A stretch of DNA of 64,000 nucleotides. Origin: Promethearchaeota archaeon. GTDB lineage: Archaea > Asgardarchaeota > Lokiarchaeia > Sigyniarchaeales > SOKP01. Under the pieces are notes generated by a model. It was not told the DNA's origin and made no database searches. It saw only the letters and a program-made list of their open reading frames with translations. Numbering within the stretch: position 1 is the first letter of the stretch; the number at the start of each line of letters is the position of its first letter. The stretch is from contig JAUVXW010000020.1 in assembly GCA_030603385.1 (NCBI GenBank), forward strand, positions 1 to 64,000, given 5' to 3'. Position numbers and translations under genes: made by a program. This document shows, piece after piece, positions 39,380 to 50,476 of the stretch.

Positions 39380-40621
39380 TTATACAGAGAGAGCTTGCTG
39401 AAACAAATTTTCAGCATGTTCTAAAACTAGAATGTTAATTGCTGGAAAAAAACTGGTGAGTAAGTCAATGTCTAATACAAAGCTGCTGCCACGATTAAAC
39501 ATCACTATTATCCCATAGGCTCCTTGTCCAGTTTCATTGATAAACATGCTTGCAAGGAAACCTGGAACAGCTCCATCATGCCCTTGAAGCCCCTCTTCGG
39601 AAATAAACCACCCTAGTCCATAGCCAGCCTTTTCAGATCCAGGAAGCGATACATGTTTTTCATGCATTAATTCAATACTTTCAGGATTCAGTAATTGAAA
39701 TCCATTATATTCACCTTGGTTCATGTGAGCAATCATAAATTTAGCTAAATCTGGTACTGTACTTCTTAGTGAACCTGATCCCTCCATGCTTAAATTATAA
39801 AGAGGTATATCAAAATTAGTCTCATTGATCCGTTCATAAGGAATAGCATTCTTTCCAGTAAAATCTAAGTAATTATATCCGCTACTTGTCATATTCAATG
39901 GATTATGGATGTGTTCATGGACATAATCTACCATTGACTGATTAGAAACTTGTTCAATTAAATACCCGAGCAACTCAAAACCTACATTAGAGTAGAGAAA
40001 TTCTGTTCCCGGTTCTGAATACCAATTTTGGTAATGGTAAAATGGACCTTTAGGATTTAAAGAACCGTTTAGGAACTCTCCTAGAGAGGGTTTAGGATCC
40101 CAATAAGTAATGTTTAAACCCAAGTCCAATTTCTCATTCCACCATTCAATTGTTTGATTGTCGAAGATCCATAAAAGAGAGTATGAGAACTGTCTTGCTA
40201 ATCCTGCTGTGTGAGATAAAAGCATACGGATTGTTATGGGGGTACTTGAATAGTTTGGGTGTTGTATTTCAAACGGGATATAGTTGTCGATCTCATCATC
40301 TAAATTAATCAAATTACTCTCATTGAGTTGAAGTATTGCAGCTGCTGTAAATGTTTTGGTGATTGAACCAATCATATATACTGTATCTAAATCAGGTTGT
40401 TCACCAAAACCATTAGCCCAAACAAGGCTATCATTGACAACAATCCCTGTGGCTAATGAAGGAACCTTAAATTCTGCCATCAAATCTCGAATCTTAGACT
40501 CAAAAGATTTTTGGGTAGGATTAATATGAGTAATAATAAAAAAAGAACCAAGTCCAGTAGTTACAACTCCAACAGCAATAATCAATACAACGATTAGTTT
40601 TTTATTAATTCTCATTTTCAT
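39380..40621 (-). CDS. Membrane-anchored serine hydrolase (class C beta-lactamase/PBP family)
   Basis: GSITK (SxxK), LLSHTAG, YSN, HDG; N-terminal TM. Confidence 0.88.
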   Translation of the reverse strand: MKMRINKKLIVVLIIAVGVVTTGLGSFFIITHINPTQKSFESKIRDLMAEFKVPSLATGIVVNDSLVWANGFGEQPDLDTVYMIGSITKTFTAAAILQLNESNLINLDDEIDNYIPFEIQHPNYSSTPITIRMLLSHTAGLARQFSYSLLWIFDNQTIEWWNEKLDLGLNITYWDPKPSLGEFLNGSLNPKGPFYHYQNWYSEPGTEFLYSNVGFELLGYLIEQVSNQSMVDYVHEHIHNPLNMTSSGYNYLDFTGKNAIPYERINETNFDIPLYNLSMEGSGSLRSTVPDLAKFMIAHMNQGEYNGFQLLNPESIELMHEKHVSLPGSEKAGYGLGWFISEEGLQGHDGAVPGFLASMFINETGQGAYGIIVMFNRGSSFVLDIDLLTSFFPAINILVLEHAENLFQQALSV

Positions 40622-40897
40622 ATGTTTTCCATTTCACTTATAAATTGTAAATTCCTCCCAATTTATTTAAATTTTTATAGGATTTAAAACAAATCATCCT
40701 AAGTCTCCAAAAAACGAGACTAAATCGAGAATTTATTCATAATTAATACTAATAATCCGAATCAATAATATCTTAGTGTTATCTAAATAACCTATAGAAA
40801 TATATGAAAGAGCGTGAAATGAAGCTTTCACGATCAATATTATGTTTAAAATAGTTATTAAAAAAAAAAATAATAAAATTAATAGAAAAAAAATAAT

Positions 40898-42547
40898 TTA
40901 TCTTTTTATTTTCGCTTCTAACTTTGGCATTCTCATTTCTTTTAGCTTTTTTATTGCTTTTGACTTTTTCTTTTCTTTTGGTTTTTTTAATTCTCTTTGC
41001 TTCTTCATCGCTTTTGATTTTTTTTCTATTGGAGCATTAGATTGATTTTGCGTTAAACTATTTTTTAAATCTTCAGCTAGGACTCCTAATTTATTAGCTG
41101 TAGCGGAAATCTCTTCCATTGATGCTGTTTGTTCTTCCGCTGATGCACTAATTCCTTCTATGGAACCGGTGGTGGATTCAATTCCACTAAGAATTTCATT
41201 AATTTTAACGCTTGTTGTGCTAACAGAATTTTTTGATTCTTCAGCAAGTTTTCTCACTTCATCTGCCACAACTGCAAACCCTCGACCATGTTCTCCAGCA
41301 CGACCTGCTTCTATACTTGCATTCAAAGCCAGTAAATTTGTTTGTTCAGAAATACTTACTATTATATCCAAAATTCTTTTAATCTCATTTGAAGATATTA
41401 AAATATTTTGGCTATCATTTGCGACATCTTGAGTTGTCGAAGCAATCTCTTCTGAAGAAGCATTAACCTCACTCGCACTTGCAGCTAATTCTGTAGCCAT
41501 ATTTGCTACATTGACACTTGCTTGAGAACCTATATTTAGTACGTTTTCCATATTTGATGTTATCCTCACAATCCCTCGCACAGTAGGAGTTGCTATAACA
41601 ATTCCAAGAGTAACACAAGCTCCAAATGATATTATAGTGACAATATAAGATATTAAAACCCCTATCTGAGCAGCTTTTATTTCTTGGTTTAGTTCGATAT
41701 CAGAATCAATTTTTATTGTTATTAAATCCTCAGATAATTCTTCATAATCTAATTCAATGTCAGTTAATAGACTGTTTATGTGATCTTTCATGTCAAAGAT
41801 GCCCTCCTCTCCTACCACCATGGCAGTGAAATTATGGTGAAGTGTTTCAATTTCATCAAGTTTATTTATTATTGTGGTGTTTCCTGTGTAAAATGTATTT
41901 ATATTATCTGCTATACTATCAAAGGCTTCCACAGATTCATTAAATTCTAAACCTGTCTCATCACAGATTTCTTGTAAATATTCAAATTCTAAATAAATCT
42001 GCTCACTAAGGTAAACTTTCATCATAGTTGCATTTAATTTCATTTGAAAATTATCAATCAATCCAACCAATTCATCGATTAAAACATCTACCTGTTCACG
42101 AATTTCAACACTTTCATTTAACTGTGTGTTTATTTCTTCAGCATGAATGATAATTCCGTGATCACTGCAAGTAATATCATCGATTATACAATCAAAACAT
42201 TCCCTAATACACATAAGTTCATCAACATGTTCTCGGTCTAATTCTTCTAATAGATCTAAAGATGAATTAAAAATTTCAGCATGCTCCAGAATATGATCAA
42301 TAATTGTCTCATTTCCGACATGATGAGACTCTCCTACACCATAAATAGACTCATAAGTTTCTCGAATAATCAACTCCGCTTCGTATAGCATTTTGTCTAT
42401 GGTTTCCATTCTAACCATATCTTGTTCAGTAAAATCTTCAATATATCCATTCAGAGTACTTATTTGAACCATACCAATAATACCAATTCCAAAAGAAAAA
42501 GCAATAAGAATAGCAAATCCAAATGTCATTCTCTTTTTAATATTCAT
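40898..42547 (-). CDS. Methyl-accepting chemotaxis-like protein
   Basis: Two TM segments around a helical sensor domain; [36 protein letters not shown] hairpin tip. Confidence 0.9.
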   Translation of the reverse strand: MNIKKRMTFGFAILIAFSFGIGIIGMVQISTLNGYIEDFTEQDMVRMETIDKMLYEAELIIRETYESIYGVGESHHVGNETIIDHILEHAEIFNSSLDLLEELDREHVDELMCIRECFDCIIDDITCSDHGIIIHAEEINTQLNESVEIREQVDVLIDELVGLIDNFQMKLNATMMKVYLSEQIYLEFEYLQEICDETGLEFNESVEAFDSIADNINTFYTGNTTIINKLDEIETLHHNFTAMVVGEEGIFDMKDHINSLLTDIELDYEELSEDLITIKIDSDIELNQEIKAAQIGVLISYIVTIISFGACVTLGIVIATPTVRGIVRITSNMENVLNIGSQASVNVANMATELAASASEVNASSEEIASTTQDVANDSQNILISSNEIKRILDIIVSISEQTNLLALNASIEAGRAGEHGRGFAVVADEVRKLAEESKNSVSTTSVKINEILSGIESTTGSIEGISASAEEQTASMEEISATANKLGVLAEDLKNSLTQNQSNAPIEKKSKAMKKQRELKKPKEKKKSKAIKKLKEMRMPKLEAKIKR

Positions 42548-42826
42548 AAAACAAAACCTTCTAACTTTTTTTACATATAAAAATATCTTTGTTATAAAAA
42601 AAAGGTAATTTTAATAATTTAGTTATAAAACTTATATTTAAATTATCGTTTTTACATAAAAAGGGAAAAAAAAAGCTAAAATTTCTTAAACTAAAATCAC
42701 AAACATGTTGAAATTTGAAAATTATTTAACTTTAAGGCTTTCTAATTAAGCTTATCCAAAATTTTGAATATAAATAATTATCTATAGGTAATTTTTTTTA
42801 GAATTGTATTTTGTTTCATAATAATA

Positions 42827-43618
42827 ATGAGCAAAAAAAGGAAATTAAATAATATTAAAGGAATCTTATCTGATATAGACGGTACCCTTTATTTTAAAGG
42901 AGCTCCGATTCCTGGAGCTGTTGAAGCTCTTATAAAGCTTCGTGAAAGAGGATTAAGATTTCTCTTTTTTACCAATACTGATAGTAAATCACCTAAAACA
43001 GTCTTAAGAATATTACAAGAATACGGATTTCCTATTGATGAAGAGGAGATCTTTACGCCAATTATTGCATTAAAAGAGTTTTTGTCTAAATACCCAAGTA
43101 GAAAATCATTTTTTGTGACAACTGTGGAAGTTGAGAAGGAATTTGAGGGTTTTCCGAAAATAAAAGGCTCTGAAATACCGGATTTTGTAATTATAAGTGA
43201 TTTTCATGACAATTGGGATGTGCACCGTTTAAATGAAGCATTTAAATATGTGTTAAAGGGTGCAAAACTCCTTGGAACGCAAGGCAATTGGTATTATCTT
43301 GATAGTAAAGGCGAACCAGTTATAGATACTGGATCATTTGTCCATATGATTGCTAAAGCAGCTAATGTTGAACCAATAATTTTCGGTAAACCATCAAAGG
43401 AATATTTCCTACAAGCATTAAAAAAGACAAAATTAAAGCAAGATGAAGTTCTAGTAGTTGGAGATGATATTGAATCTGATATTCAAGGAGCTATAAATGC
43501 GGGGATTAAGGGGATATTAGTAAGAACTGGTAAAGGACAATTCTTTGAATCTTATAAATCTCAAATAAAACCCTTTAAAATAATTGATTCTTTTAGTTCT
43601 TTAATAAAATTCTTCTAA
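42827..43618 (+). CDS. HAD-superfamily class IIA hydrolase (LHPP-like)
   Basis: DIDGTL, FTN, GKPS, VGDDIESDIQGA, VRTGK. Confidence 0.9.
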   Translation: MSKKRKLNNIKGILSDIDGTLYFKGAPIPGAVEALIKLRERGLRFLFFTNTDSKSPKTVLRILQEYGFPIDEEEIFTPIIALKEFLSKYPSRKSFFVTTVEVEKEFEGFPKIKGSEIPDFVIISDFHDNWDVHRLNEAFKYVLKGAKLLGTQGNWYYLDSKGEPVIDTGSFVHMIAKAANVEPIIFGKPSKEYFLQALKKTKLKQDEVLVVGDDIESDIQGAINAGIKGILVRTGKGQFFESYKSQIKPFKIIDSFSSLIKFF

Positions 43619-43801
43619 AATGAGATATTAATTAATGAGTTTCACTTATGATATATTACAATATTTAAAAGATATATAGTCCAATTTCTATTATTCTTTT
43701 TATTTATCTGAGTAATTTGGTTTAACAAGAACATTTATATATTTTACATCTCGTATGTTTCGTAGAAACTTAATTTAATATAAAAATGAGATGCATAATT
43801 C

Positions 43802-44812
43802 ATGGCATTAACTAAAAAAGAATTTAGTGTACGAGATCTCGTAATTGATGATGAGTATGGGACAATCGACTCAAATGCGACAATTCAGGCTGCTGCTAAA
43901 AAGATGAAAGAATTGGGTGTTCCAGATTTGGTAGTGGTTGAAGGAGAAGCACAAAAAGTTCTTGGTGTTATAGCTGATTTTGATATCGTTCAGAATGTTG
44001 TTGCTGAAGGGAGTGATGCTAATACAGAGAAAGTTATTTCAACCATGTATAAAATTACTCCGGTAACATTAGATACACTTGTTACTGAGGCATTTACAAG
44101 AATGCGTAATTTAAATGTAAATGTTGTACCAGTAATTGAAAACGAAAAACTTATAGGGGTGTGTACAATTCATGACTGTTGGAGTTTCATTCCTGATCAA
44201 AATGTGGATGAAATTGGGCTTATTCCTGTAAGAAATACAAGAGTCGCAGAATTCTGGTTTGCAAGTGTTTGCGCGATATTAGCCTTCACTCTGGGAATTC
44301 TTTTACCTCTAGCTGGTATTTTTGGCTATTTTACAGGAAACCAACTAGATCTCATGAGTTTACTCGGGATTGGACCTGTCGGAGGAAAGGTAACGTTCCA
44401 TTTATTTGAGGCAAGAGGAGTAGGTATCATAGTACCTTTCCTTGATTTATTCGCCAAAAATGGAGCAATATGGCTAGTAATTGATATATTTAGTATTTTA
44501 ATGTTAATATTTGGTATAATCGGGTTATTTTCGATCGTTTATGCTAGTTTCTCTGATACTAGAAGCTTACAAACAGGTTGGATTATAAGGACAGTAATAC
44601 CTGGATTGGCTGTTTTCTTCATGGCTTTTGAATGGATTTTGTTTGGGATTGCTTTTGCAATTACTACTCCTCAACCTGATATAGCAATCGATGTTATTGG
44701 ATTGGTGATGTCAATTTTTTCAATGGTTTTACTTTTATTAGCTATAAATCGAGACTATATATTTCGAGAAAAGGAAACTCCAAAAGTTGCAGCAAGTGAG
44801 GTGTCAGGATAG
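43802..44812 (+). CDS. CBS-pair domain fused to a multi-TM membrane domain
   Basis: Two CBS repeats (aa ~10-130) followed by about 4-5 hydrophobic helices. Confidence 0.8.
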   Translation: MALTKKEFSVRDLVIDDEYGTIDSNATIQAAAKKMKELGVPDLVVVEGEAQKVLGVIADFDIVQNVVAEGSDANTEKVISTMYKITPVTLDTLVTEAFTRMRNLNVNVVPVIENEKLIGVCTIHDCWSFIPDQNVDEIGLIPVRNTRVAEFWFASVCAILAFTLGILLPLAGIFGYFTGNQLDLMSLLGIGPVGGKVTFHLFEARGVGIIVPFLDLFAKNGAIWLVIDIFSILMLIFGIIGLFSIVYASFSDTRSLQTGWIIRTVIPGLAVFFMAFEWILFGIAFAITTPQPDIAIDVIGLVMSIFSMVLLLLAINRDYIFREKETPKVAASEVSG

Positions 44813-44815
44813 AAA

Positions 44816-46312
44816 ATGCCGAGAGGCGGTGGAGGTCGGGGTGGTGGATTTCGAGGTGGCGGATTTGGGGGCGGTGGATTTCGGGGTGGTGGATTTCGAG
44901 GTGGCGGATTTGGCGGAGGATATCGAAGTGGCGGAGCTCGTAGTAGCGGAAGACCCTTTGGAAGAACTGGTGCTACACGTATAACATCACGTTCTCCAAG
45001 AGGACCTTACTCACATGGTTATTATAGACCACATCGCAGGTATTATCGACCTATGTGGTGGTATCATAGACCATGGTATTATAGATGGTGGTATTCTCCT
45101 TGGTGGGCAGGACATTATTATCGACCTTGGTATTACTCTCCTATGTATATTGGTGGAGGAATATTATTTATAATTATACTTGCGTTAATCATACTTCCTG
45201 TAGCAGGTGTTGTGTTATTGTTTCCCTTTAGTGATGCTGATGCAGAGGGTTTCGTAAATTACCGCTCTACTGAAACTTTATATTTTAATGAATTTTGGTA
45301 TGAATATGAATATATTGAAAGTGGAAATGAAATAAATTATTCTGTTCAATCTTCACTGGTTGATATCACTTTTGCTATTTGGGATCGGCCTTTTGAATCC
45401 CTTGATAAAACAACAGAATTTATAGATGTTTTAGATTCATTTAGCGTTCCAGCTGATTGGAGAGTGTATGAATGGTTGTTTTTAAGACCAGGATCGTCAA
45501 TTACATACGATTTTAATGCTTCAGGGCAGATTGATTTCTTCATTGCTGATGGAAATGAATTTGAAATTTGGGATCAATATGGACCTAATCCCGCTTTTTA
45601 CATAGAGAATACAGTTCAAGGCAATGGAACTTTTGAAGTAAATGTTGCTCATGATTATTTTGTTGTATGGTATAATGATGGAGTTTCGTCAGTTAATATT
45701 GATTATACAATAAATTACACTGCAACAAATATAATAGATTTTAGTAGCACATACGAAACTCAAGAAGCTGTAGATATAATACTTCCAGATACTTTTTCAG
45801 TTCCTCATTCAGGAAATTGGTACTTCTTTGTTTATTTTGATCCAATGAATGTACCTCCTCCTGATGCATCAACAGAGATTAGGTTTGATGTGACATATGA
45901 TACTGGAGTAACTTCAAAAGAGAGATGGCTTGATATTCAATGGATCTTAATCATTATCTTAGGAGTTGTCATCATTCTGTTGATTGCTGTTTTAATAGCA
46001 AGGAGAGGTCAAAAAAAATTGAAGTTAAAATCACCGACAGAGCCTACTCCAAAGGTATCACCATATAAAAAAGTCACGAAAGAAGTAGGAGTAGAAGAAG
46101 TAAAAGAAGTAGCTAACTGTATACGATGCAACGCTCCAATGAAACCTACAGCAAAATTCTGTACTCAATGTGGTGGAAAAGTAGAAGGAAGAAAAATCGG
46201 TGGTACTTCAGTGACTACTCCTGCAGAAGCTAAAACTTGTTCTCTCTGTGGCAGTAAGCTTTCAGGAACCGAAAGTTTCTGTAAATGGTGCGGTACTAAA
46301 ATAGAAAATTAG
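44816..46312 (+). CDS. Two-TM membrane protein with an N-terminal RGG/GGF-rich and Tyr/Trp/Arg-rich tail, an extracellular beta-sandwich region and C-terminal double zinc ribbons
   Basis: MPRGGGGRGGGFRGGGFGGGGFRGGGFRGGG...; YYRPxWW-like repeats; CIRC..CTQC and CSLC..CKWC. Confidence 0.85.
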   Translation: MPRGGGGRGGGFRGGGFGGGGFRGGGFRGGGFGGGYRSGGARSSGRPFGRTGATRITSRSPRGPYSHGYYRPHRRYYRPMWWYHRPWYYRWWYSPWWAGHYYRPWYYSPMYIGGGILFIIILALIILPVAGVVLLFPFSDADAEGFVNYRSTETLYFNEFWYEYEYIESGNEINYSVQSSLVDITFAIWDRPFESLDKTTEFIDVLDSFSVPADWRVYEWLFLRPGSSITYDFNASGQIDFFIADGNEFEIWDQYGPNPAFYIENTVQGNGTFEVNVAHDYFVVWYNDGVSSVNIDYTINYTATNIIDFSSTYETQEAVDIILPDTFSVPHSGNWYFFVYFDPMNVPPPDASTEIRFDVTYDTGVTSKERWLDIQWILIIILGVVIILLIAVLIARRGQKKLKLKSPTEPTPKVSPYKKVTKEVGVEEVKEVANCIRCNAPMKPTAKFCTQCGGKVEGRKIGGTSVTTPAEAKTCSLCGSKLSGTESFCKWCGTKIEN

Positions 46313-46362
46313 TTTTAAATGTTAAATTTTTTTTCTTTTTTTTATATTATATTTAGAAAATA

Positions 46363-46566
46363 TTAGACATTTCCGTCTGTTGTCTGAGGACCGTCATTAT
46401 TCGTGGAAGGTGCGTAAGTTCCTTTTATTTCATTAAGATCTACTGTCATGATGGTGTGAGATGTATGTTTCCTTTCAAACTTTTTAATGTCGACTTGATT
46501 TATTGGATTATCAGGATGAATGACCATATACTCGCGACATTTGATGCATGCTCTTGCACGAACCAT
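46363..46566 (-). CDS. Small putative Zn-binding protein (CxxC...HxxH)
   Basis: MVRARACIKCREY...HTSH; ATG 46566 downstream of SD AGGTGA. Confidence 0.7.
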   Translation of the reverse strand: MVRARACIKCREYMVIHPDNPINQVDIKKFERKHTSHTIMTVDLNEIKGTYAPSTNNDGPQTTDGNV

Positions 46567-46721
46567 TCTCTTAATCACCTAAGGATCTAACATTATATTT
46601 AAACCACATAAATATTTCAAAGTTTTGGTTTTTTTTAAAAATGTTCTTGAAGAACGAACAAGATAAACATAATTTTTAACAGATTTTCATAAATGAATTT
46701 GATTTAAAATCTTCGATATGA

Positions 46722-48968
46722 TTAAATATCCATTAAGTTGGGTATTGTAGAATCGTATAATCTCTTGATCTTCACTAGGTCGAGTTTAAATTGTTTTGAT
46801 TTAATTCCACTAATTATAATTTCTGGTTTTGAAATTAGTATACCAATTTTTTTAATATCTATCTTAAATTGTGTAGCAAGATCAACTATAAGATCATGAT
46901 CTTTTGGATTTGTTTCAATAACAAATCTGCCAACTGTTTCACTAAACAGAAATTCATCATCTCTTAATTTTTTGTCATAACAATTAGTAAAATCAAGATT
47001 TGCTCCTAATTTATTTTTAAAACACATCTCTGCAATTGTGATTACAACACCACCTTTATTTACATCGTGATTTGCTTTCACAAGATTTCGATTATATAAT
47101 TCAAAAAGAAATTCCCATATGGCTTTTATTTTCTCTTCATCTACAGTTGGAGGAACACCACCTTCAATATTATGGATGACAGAATGGTATTCTGATCCTC
47201 CTAATTCCGCTTTAGTTTCTCCTATTAGGAAAATATCATTACCTACATCTTTAAAAGGAAGAGTTATAATGTTTTTTTCGCCTTCTATGATACCCACTAT
47301 CATAATCATAGGTGTCGCTTTAATTGCAGTTTTTTTAACTTCATCTTCATTATAAAATGATACATTGCCACCTACAATTGGAATCTTAAAAGTTCTGCAA
47401 AAGTCATTCATACCGTCTACAGCTTTAGAAAAATACCAAAATGATTCAGGTATTTCAGGATTCCCAAAGTTACAACAATTTACCATTGCCATGGGCTTTG
47501 CTCCATTTGCTATAACATTCCCGCATTCTTCAACTAGAGCTCCTTTAGCACCTTCATAAGGGTCTAAATAACAATGTTTTGAATTCACACCTACACTTGC
47601 AGCAATAAATTTATCGGTACCTATTATTCTAAGAATACCTGAATCTCCTTCGCCACATTTTACAACAGACCGAATTCCAACTTCATGATCGTATTGACGG
47701 TAAACCCATTCTTTACTACAGATGTTTTCTGAAGCAATTAATTTATAAATAATTTCATCTAAACCTAAAGAAGGTTTAGGTGTTTTTTGAGATAATAAGT
47801 CCTCTAAATAATCTGGTTTTTTTTCTTCCCGTTTAAAAGTTGGGGACTCTGAAAGAGCTTTTGCCGGCATGTTTACAACCAAATTTTCTTCATCAAATAC
47901 TTTAAGTACTTTTGAATCATCTGTTCTACCGATAACAGCAAACGCCATTTCATATTTTCTAAATACATCAAGAACGGTATCTAGCCCTTCAGGTTTAACA
48001 ATAAAAGCCATTCGTTCTTGTGATTCAGAGAGCATTATTTCATAAGAGGTCATTCCTGGTTCTCTTGTAAATACTTTTCTTAAATCTACCTCTGCTCCTG
48101 TATTTCCATCACCAGTTAATTCGCTTGTTGCACAAGTTAACCCTCCTCCTCCAAGATCTTTTAATCCTCTTACAAAACCAGTCTTTACTGCCTCCAATGT
48201 TGATTCAATAATCATCTTTTTGGTAAATGGATCACCAATCTGAACTGCGGGCCTATCTGCTTCTGACATTTCTGTTAGAGTGCGAGAAGCAAAAGTTACC
48301 CCATGTATTCCGTCTCTTCCTGTGGATCCACCCATTAAAATTAAGTAATCACCCGGAATGTATGCCCTACTTGGCGCATGCTCAAAATCCTCAATTGTTC
48401 CTAATCCTATGCAAGCTACATTAACAAGGCAATTACTTTCAAAACTATCATCAAATTCAACTTCACCCCCAATTGTAGGAATCCCCGTACAATTTCCATA
48501 ATCTGCTATTCCTTTTACAACATATTTAAATAACCATTGTGAATGTGGATTGTTTTTTAATTTACCAAATCTTAAGGGATCTAATAATGCGATTGGGCGC
48601 ACTCCCATACAAAGTATGTCCCTGATGATACCGCCGATGCCCGTAGCAGCTCCGTGATAAGGTTCAATTGCAGAAGGATGGTTATGAGACTCAATTCGAA
48701 ATGCTAGAGCATATCCATCACCGATATCAATTACTCCCGCATCTTGACCCGGACCAGCTAAAACATAATTATAATTTTCTTCAGCATTTTCAAATAATTT
48801 CAATTTTGGGCGGGATGATTTATAGGAACAATGTTCGGACCACATCACATCAAAGGCACCAAGCTCAGTAATACTTGGCTCCCTCCCCAATAACTCCTTT
48901 ACTTTTTCAAACTCTCCTTCAGTCATCTCTATGTTTGCTTCTTTTCCATTCAATTCTACCTTAGTCAT
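46722..48968 (-). CDS. purL: Phosphoribosylformylglycinamidine synthase subunit PurL
   Basis: WSEHCSYKSS, ESHNHPS, TGRDGIHG, SESQERM, GGNVSFYN. Confidence 0.96.
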   Translation of the reverse strand: MTKVELNGKEANIEMTEGEFEKVKELLGREPSITELGAFDVMWSEHCSYKSSRPKLKLFENAEENYNYVLAGPGQDAGVIDIGDGYALAFRIESHNHPSAIEPYHGAATGIGGIIRDILCMGVRPIALLDPLRFGKLKNNPHSQWLFKYVVKGIADYGNCTGIPTIGGEVEFDDSFESNCLVNVACIGLGTIEDFEHAPSRAYIPGDYLILMGGSTGRDGIHGVTFASRTLTEMSEADRPAVQIGDPFTKKMIIESTLEAVKTGFVRGLKDLGGGGLTCATSELTGDGNTGAEVDLRKVFTREPGMTSYEIMLSESQERMAFIVKPEGLDTVLDVFRKYEMAFAVIGRTDDSKVLKVFDEENLVVNMPAKALSESPTFKREEKKPDYLEDLLSQKTPKPSLGLDEIIYKLIASENICSKEWVYRQYDHEVGIRSVVKCGEGDSGILRIIGTDKFIAASVGVNSKHCYLDPYEGAKGALVEECGNVIANGAKPMAMVNCCNFGNPEIPESFWYFSKAVDGMNDFCRTFKIPIVGGNVSFYNEDEVKKTAIKATPMIMIVGIIEGEKNIITLPFKDVGNDIFLIGETKAELGGSEYHSVIHNIEGGVPPTVDEEKIKAIWEFLFELYNRNLVKANHDVNKGGVVITIAEMCFKNKLGANLDFTNCYDKKLRDDEFLFSETVGRFVIETNPKDHDLIVDLATQFKIDIKKIGILISKPEIIISGIKSKQFKLDLVKIKRLYDSTIPNLMDI

Positions 48969-49678
48969 TAGGAGATCCTCCGAGTTATAAATTCAACTAT
49001 AGATTCAAAAAATAATTTTCCATGAATAGTTCTTTTTGGGCTCAAAATTGCTTCTGATGCCCGTTCGGGGTGAGGCATTAACCCGATGCAGTTTTGTTCT
49101 AAATTACTAATTCCTGCAATATTTTCTAATGAACCATTAGGATTTGCCGCTTCTGTTAATTCTCCTACTTCAGTAGAATATCTAAATATAATTTGATTGT
49201 TCTCTTCTAACTCATTCAGATTATCAATATAATAACGTCCCTCACCATGGGCGATAGGGAAAGCAAGCACATCACCCACATTCATTTTATTTGTACATGC
49301 TGTTTTATTATTTTCTACTTTAAGATTCACCCATTTACAAATAAACTTAAGAGATTCATTTCGCAATAATGCACCTGGAAGAAATTGGGCTTCTGTTAAA
49401 ATCTGGAACCCATTACAAATACCTATTACAGGTCTTCCATCTTTGAGCATTATTCTTGCTTCATCTATTGCGGGGCTATGGGCAGCAATTATCCCCGCTC
49501 TTAAATAATCTCCGAATGCAAATCCTCCTGGTAAAATAACTCCATCAAATTTGGATTCCTTAAAATGATTATGCCACACTAAATCTGCCTTGACATTAAT
49601 TACATTATTTAATACATGAATTGCATCTAAATCACAGTTAGCAGCGGGAAATTTTATTACGGCTATTTTAATATTCAT
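48968..49678 (-). CDS. purQ: FGAM synthase glutaminase subunit PurQ
   Basis: PGGFAFGDYLRAG, GICNGFQIL, AHGEG, GLMPHPER. Confidence 0.96.
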   Translation of the reverse strand: MNIKIAVIKFPAANCDLDAIHVLNNVINVKADLVWHNHFKESKFDGVILPGGFAFGDYLRAGIIAAHSPAIDEARIMLKDGRPVIGICNGFQILTEAQFLPGALLRNESLKFICKWVNLKVENNKTACTNKMNVGDVLAFPIAHGEGRYYIDNLNELEENNQIIFRYSTEVGELTEAANPNGSLENIAGISNLEQNCIGLMPHPERASEAILSPKRTIHGKLFFESIVEFITRRIS

Positions 49679-49950
49679 GATTTGGATACTTTTAAAATAG
49701 TTAAATTTTGAGTAATGGGGTTGAATATTCTTAATTTATTACACATATCTTCAATAATTTCTTTTGCTTTTACTTCATTTTCAGCAGAAATATGAATTCG
49801 AAGATACTGACCACTACGTACATTTGAAATCATATCATAACCTTTTTTGGATAGGAGATCTCGTTTTATAGTTGCGCCAACAGGATCTCTCGCCATTTCT
49901 TTGTTAGTCATGATGATTTCGACTATAAAATTAGCTTGCATCATTCTCAA
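49675..49950 (-). CDS. purS: FGAM synthase subunit PurS
   Basis: RDPVGATI...VRSG...MC..L..NP; directly upstream of purQ. True start probably ATG 49944 or 49941. Confidence 0.9.
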   Translation of the reverse strand: MRMMQANFIVEIIMTNKEMARDPVGATIKRDLLSKKGYDMISNVRSGQYLRIHISAENEVKAKEIIEDMCNKLRIFNPITQNLTILKVSKS

Positions 49951-50226
49951 GAATAAATTAGTAAATTTTTTTTCTTTTTAAGTGAAATAAATTCTAGGCA
50001 ATCCATTTATGAAAAGAGAGGTTGTATATACTATTATTAATTCTTATTAACTTAAAAATAATTGCCTTCGACAAAAACGGCTAGAACACATTTGCTTTCA
50101 CTCTTTTTTGAGCTATTACCTTAAGCAAATCCTAAAACATTAAAGAACGACATATGGAAGTAGAAGAACTTTATTTTAATCTTATAAAAGGATTTTCTCA
50201 GACTTTTATTATAAAGAAGTAAAAAT

Positions 50227-50430
50227 TTACATGTACCCTAAGCTAGTAATTACAGCAAGTACTAAAGCTAAAAGACCGAATAGTAAACTTTGTGAACTAC
50301 GCTTAGGCAATTCATTTCCTTTTAAATCTTTATACCGATTATTTTCATAATTTTTAATATCAAGCATTATAAAGATAAAGCTGAGTAAAAATAGTGCAAA
50401 ACCAAGAAATAAAAGAATTAAAGTTAACAT
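50227..50430 (-). CDS. Small 2-TM hypothetical protein
   Basis: 67 aa with two hydrophobic helices. Confidence 0.55.
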   Translation of the reverse strand: MLTLILLFLGFALFLLSFIFIMLDIKNYENNRYKDLKGNELPKRSSQSLLFGLLALVLAVITSLGYM

Positions 50431-50476
50431 AATACAATTAAATACTATTATTTATTATTTAAAGTTTTCTTAAATT

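Noticed and set aside
44825-44925. G-rich tandem repeats as a non-coding repeat element
   Set aside because: They encode the in-frame RGGGF tract of the 44816-46312 protein.
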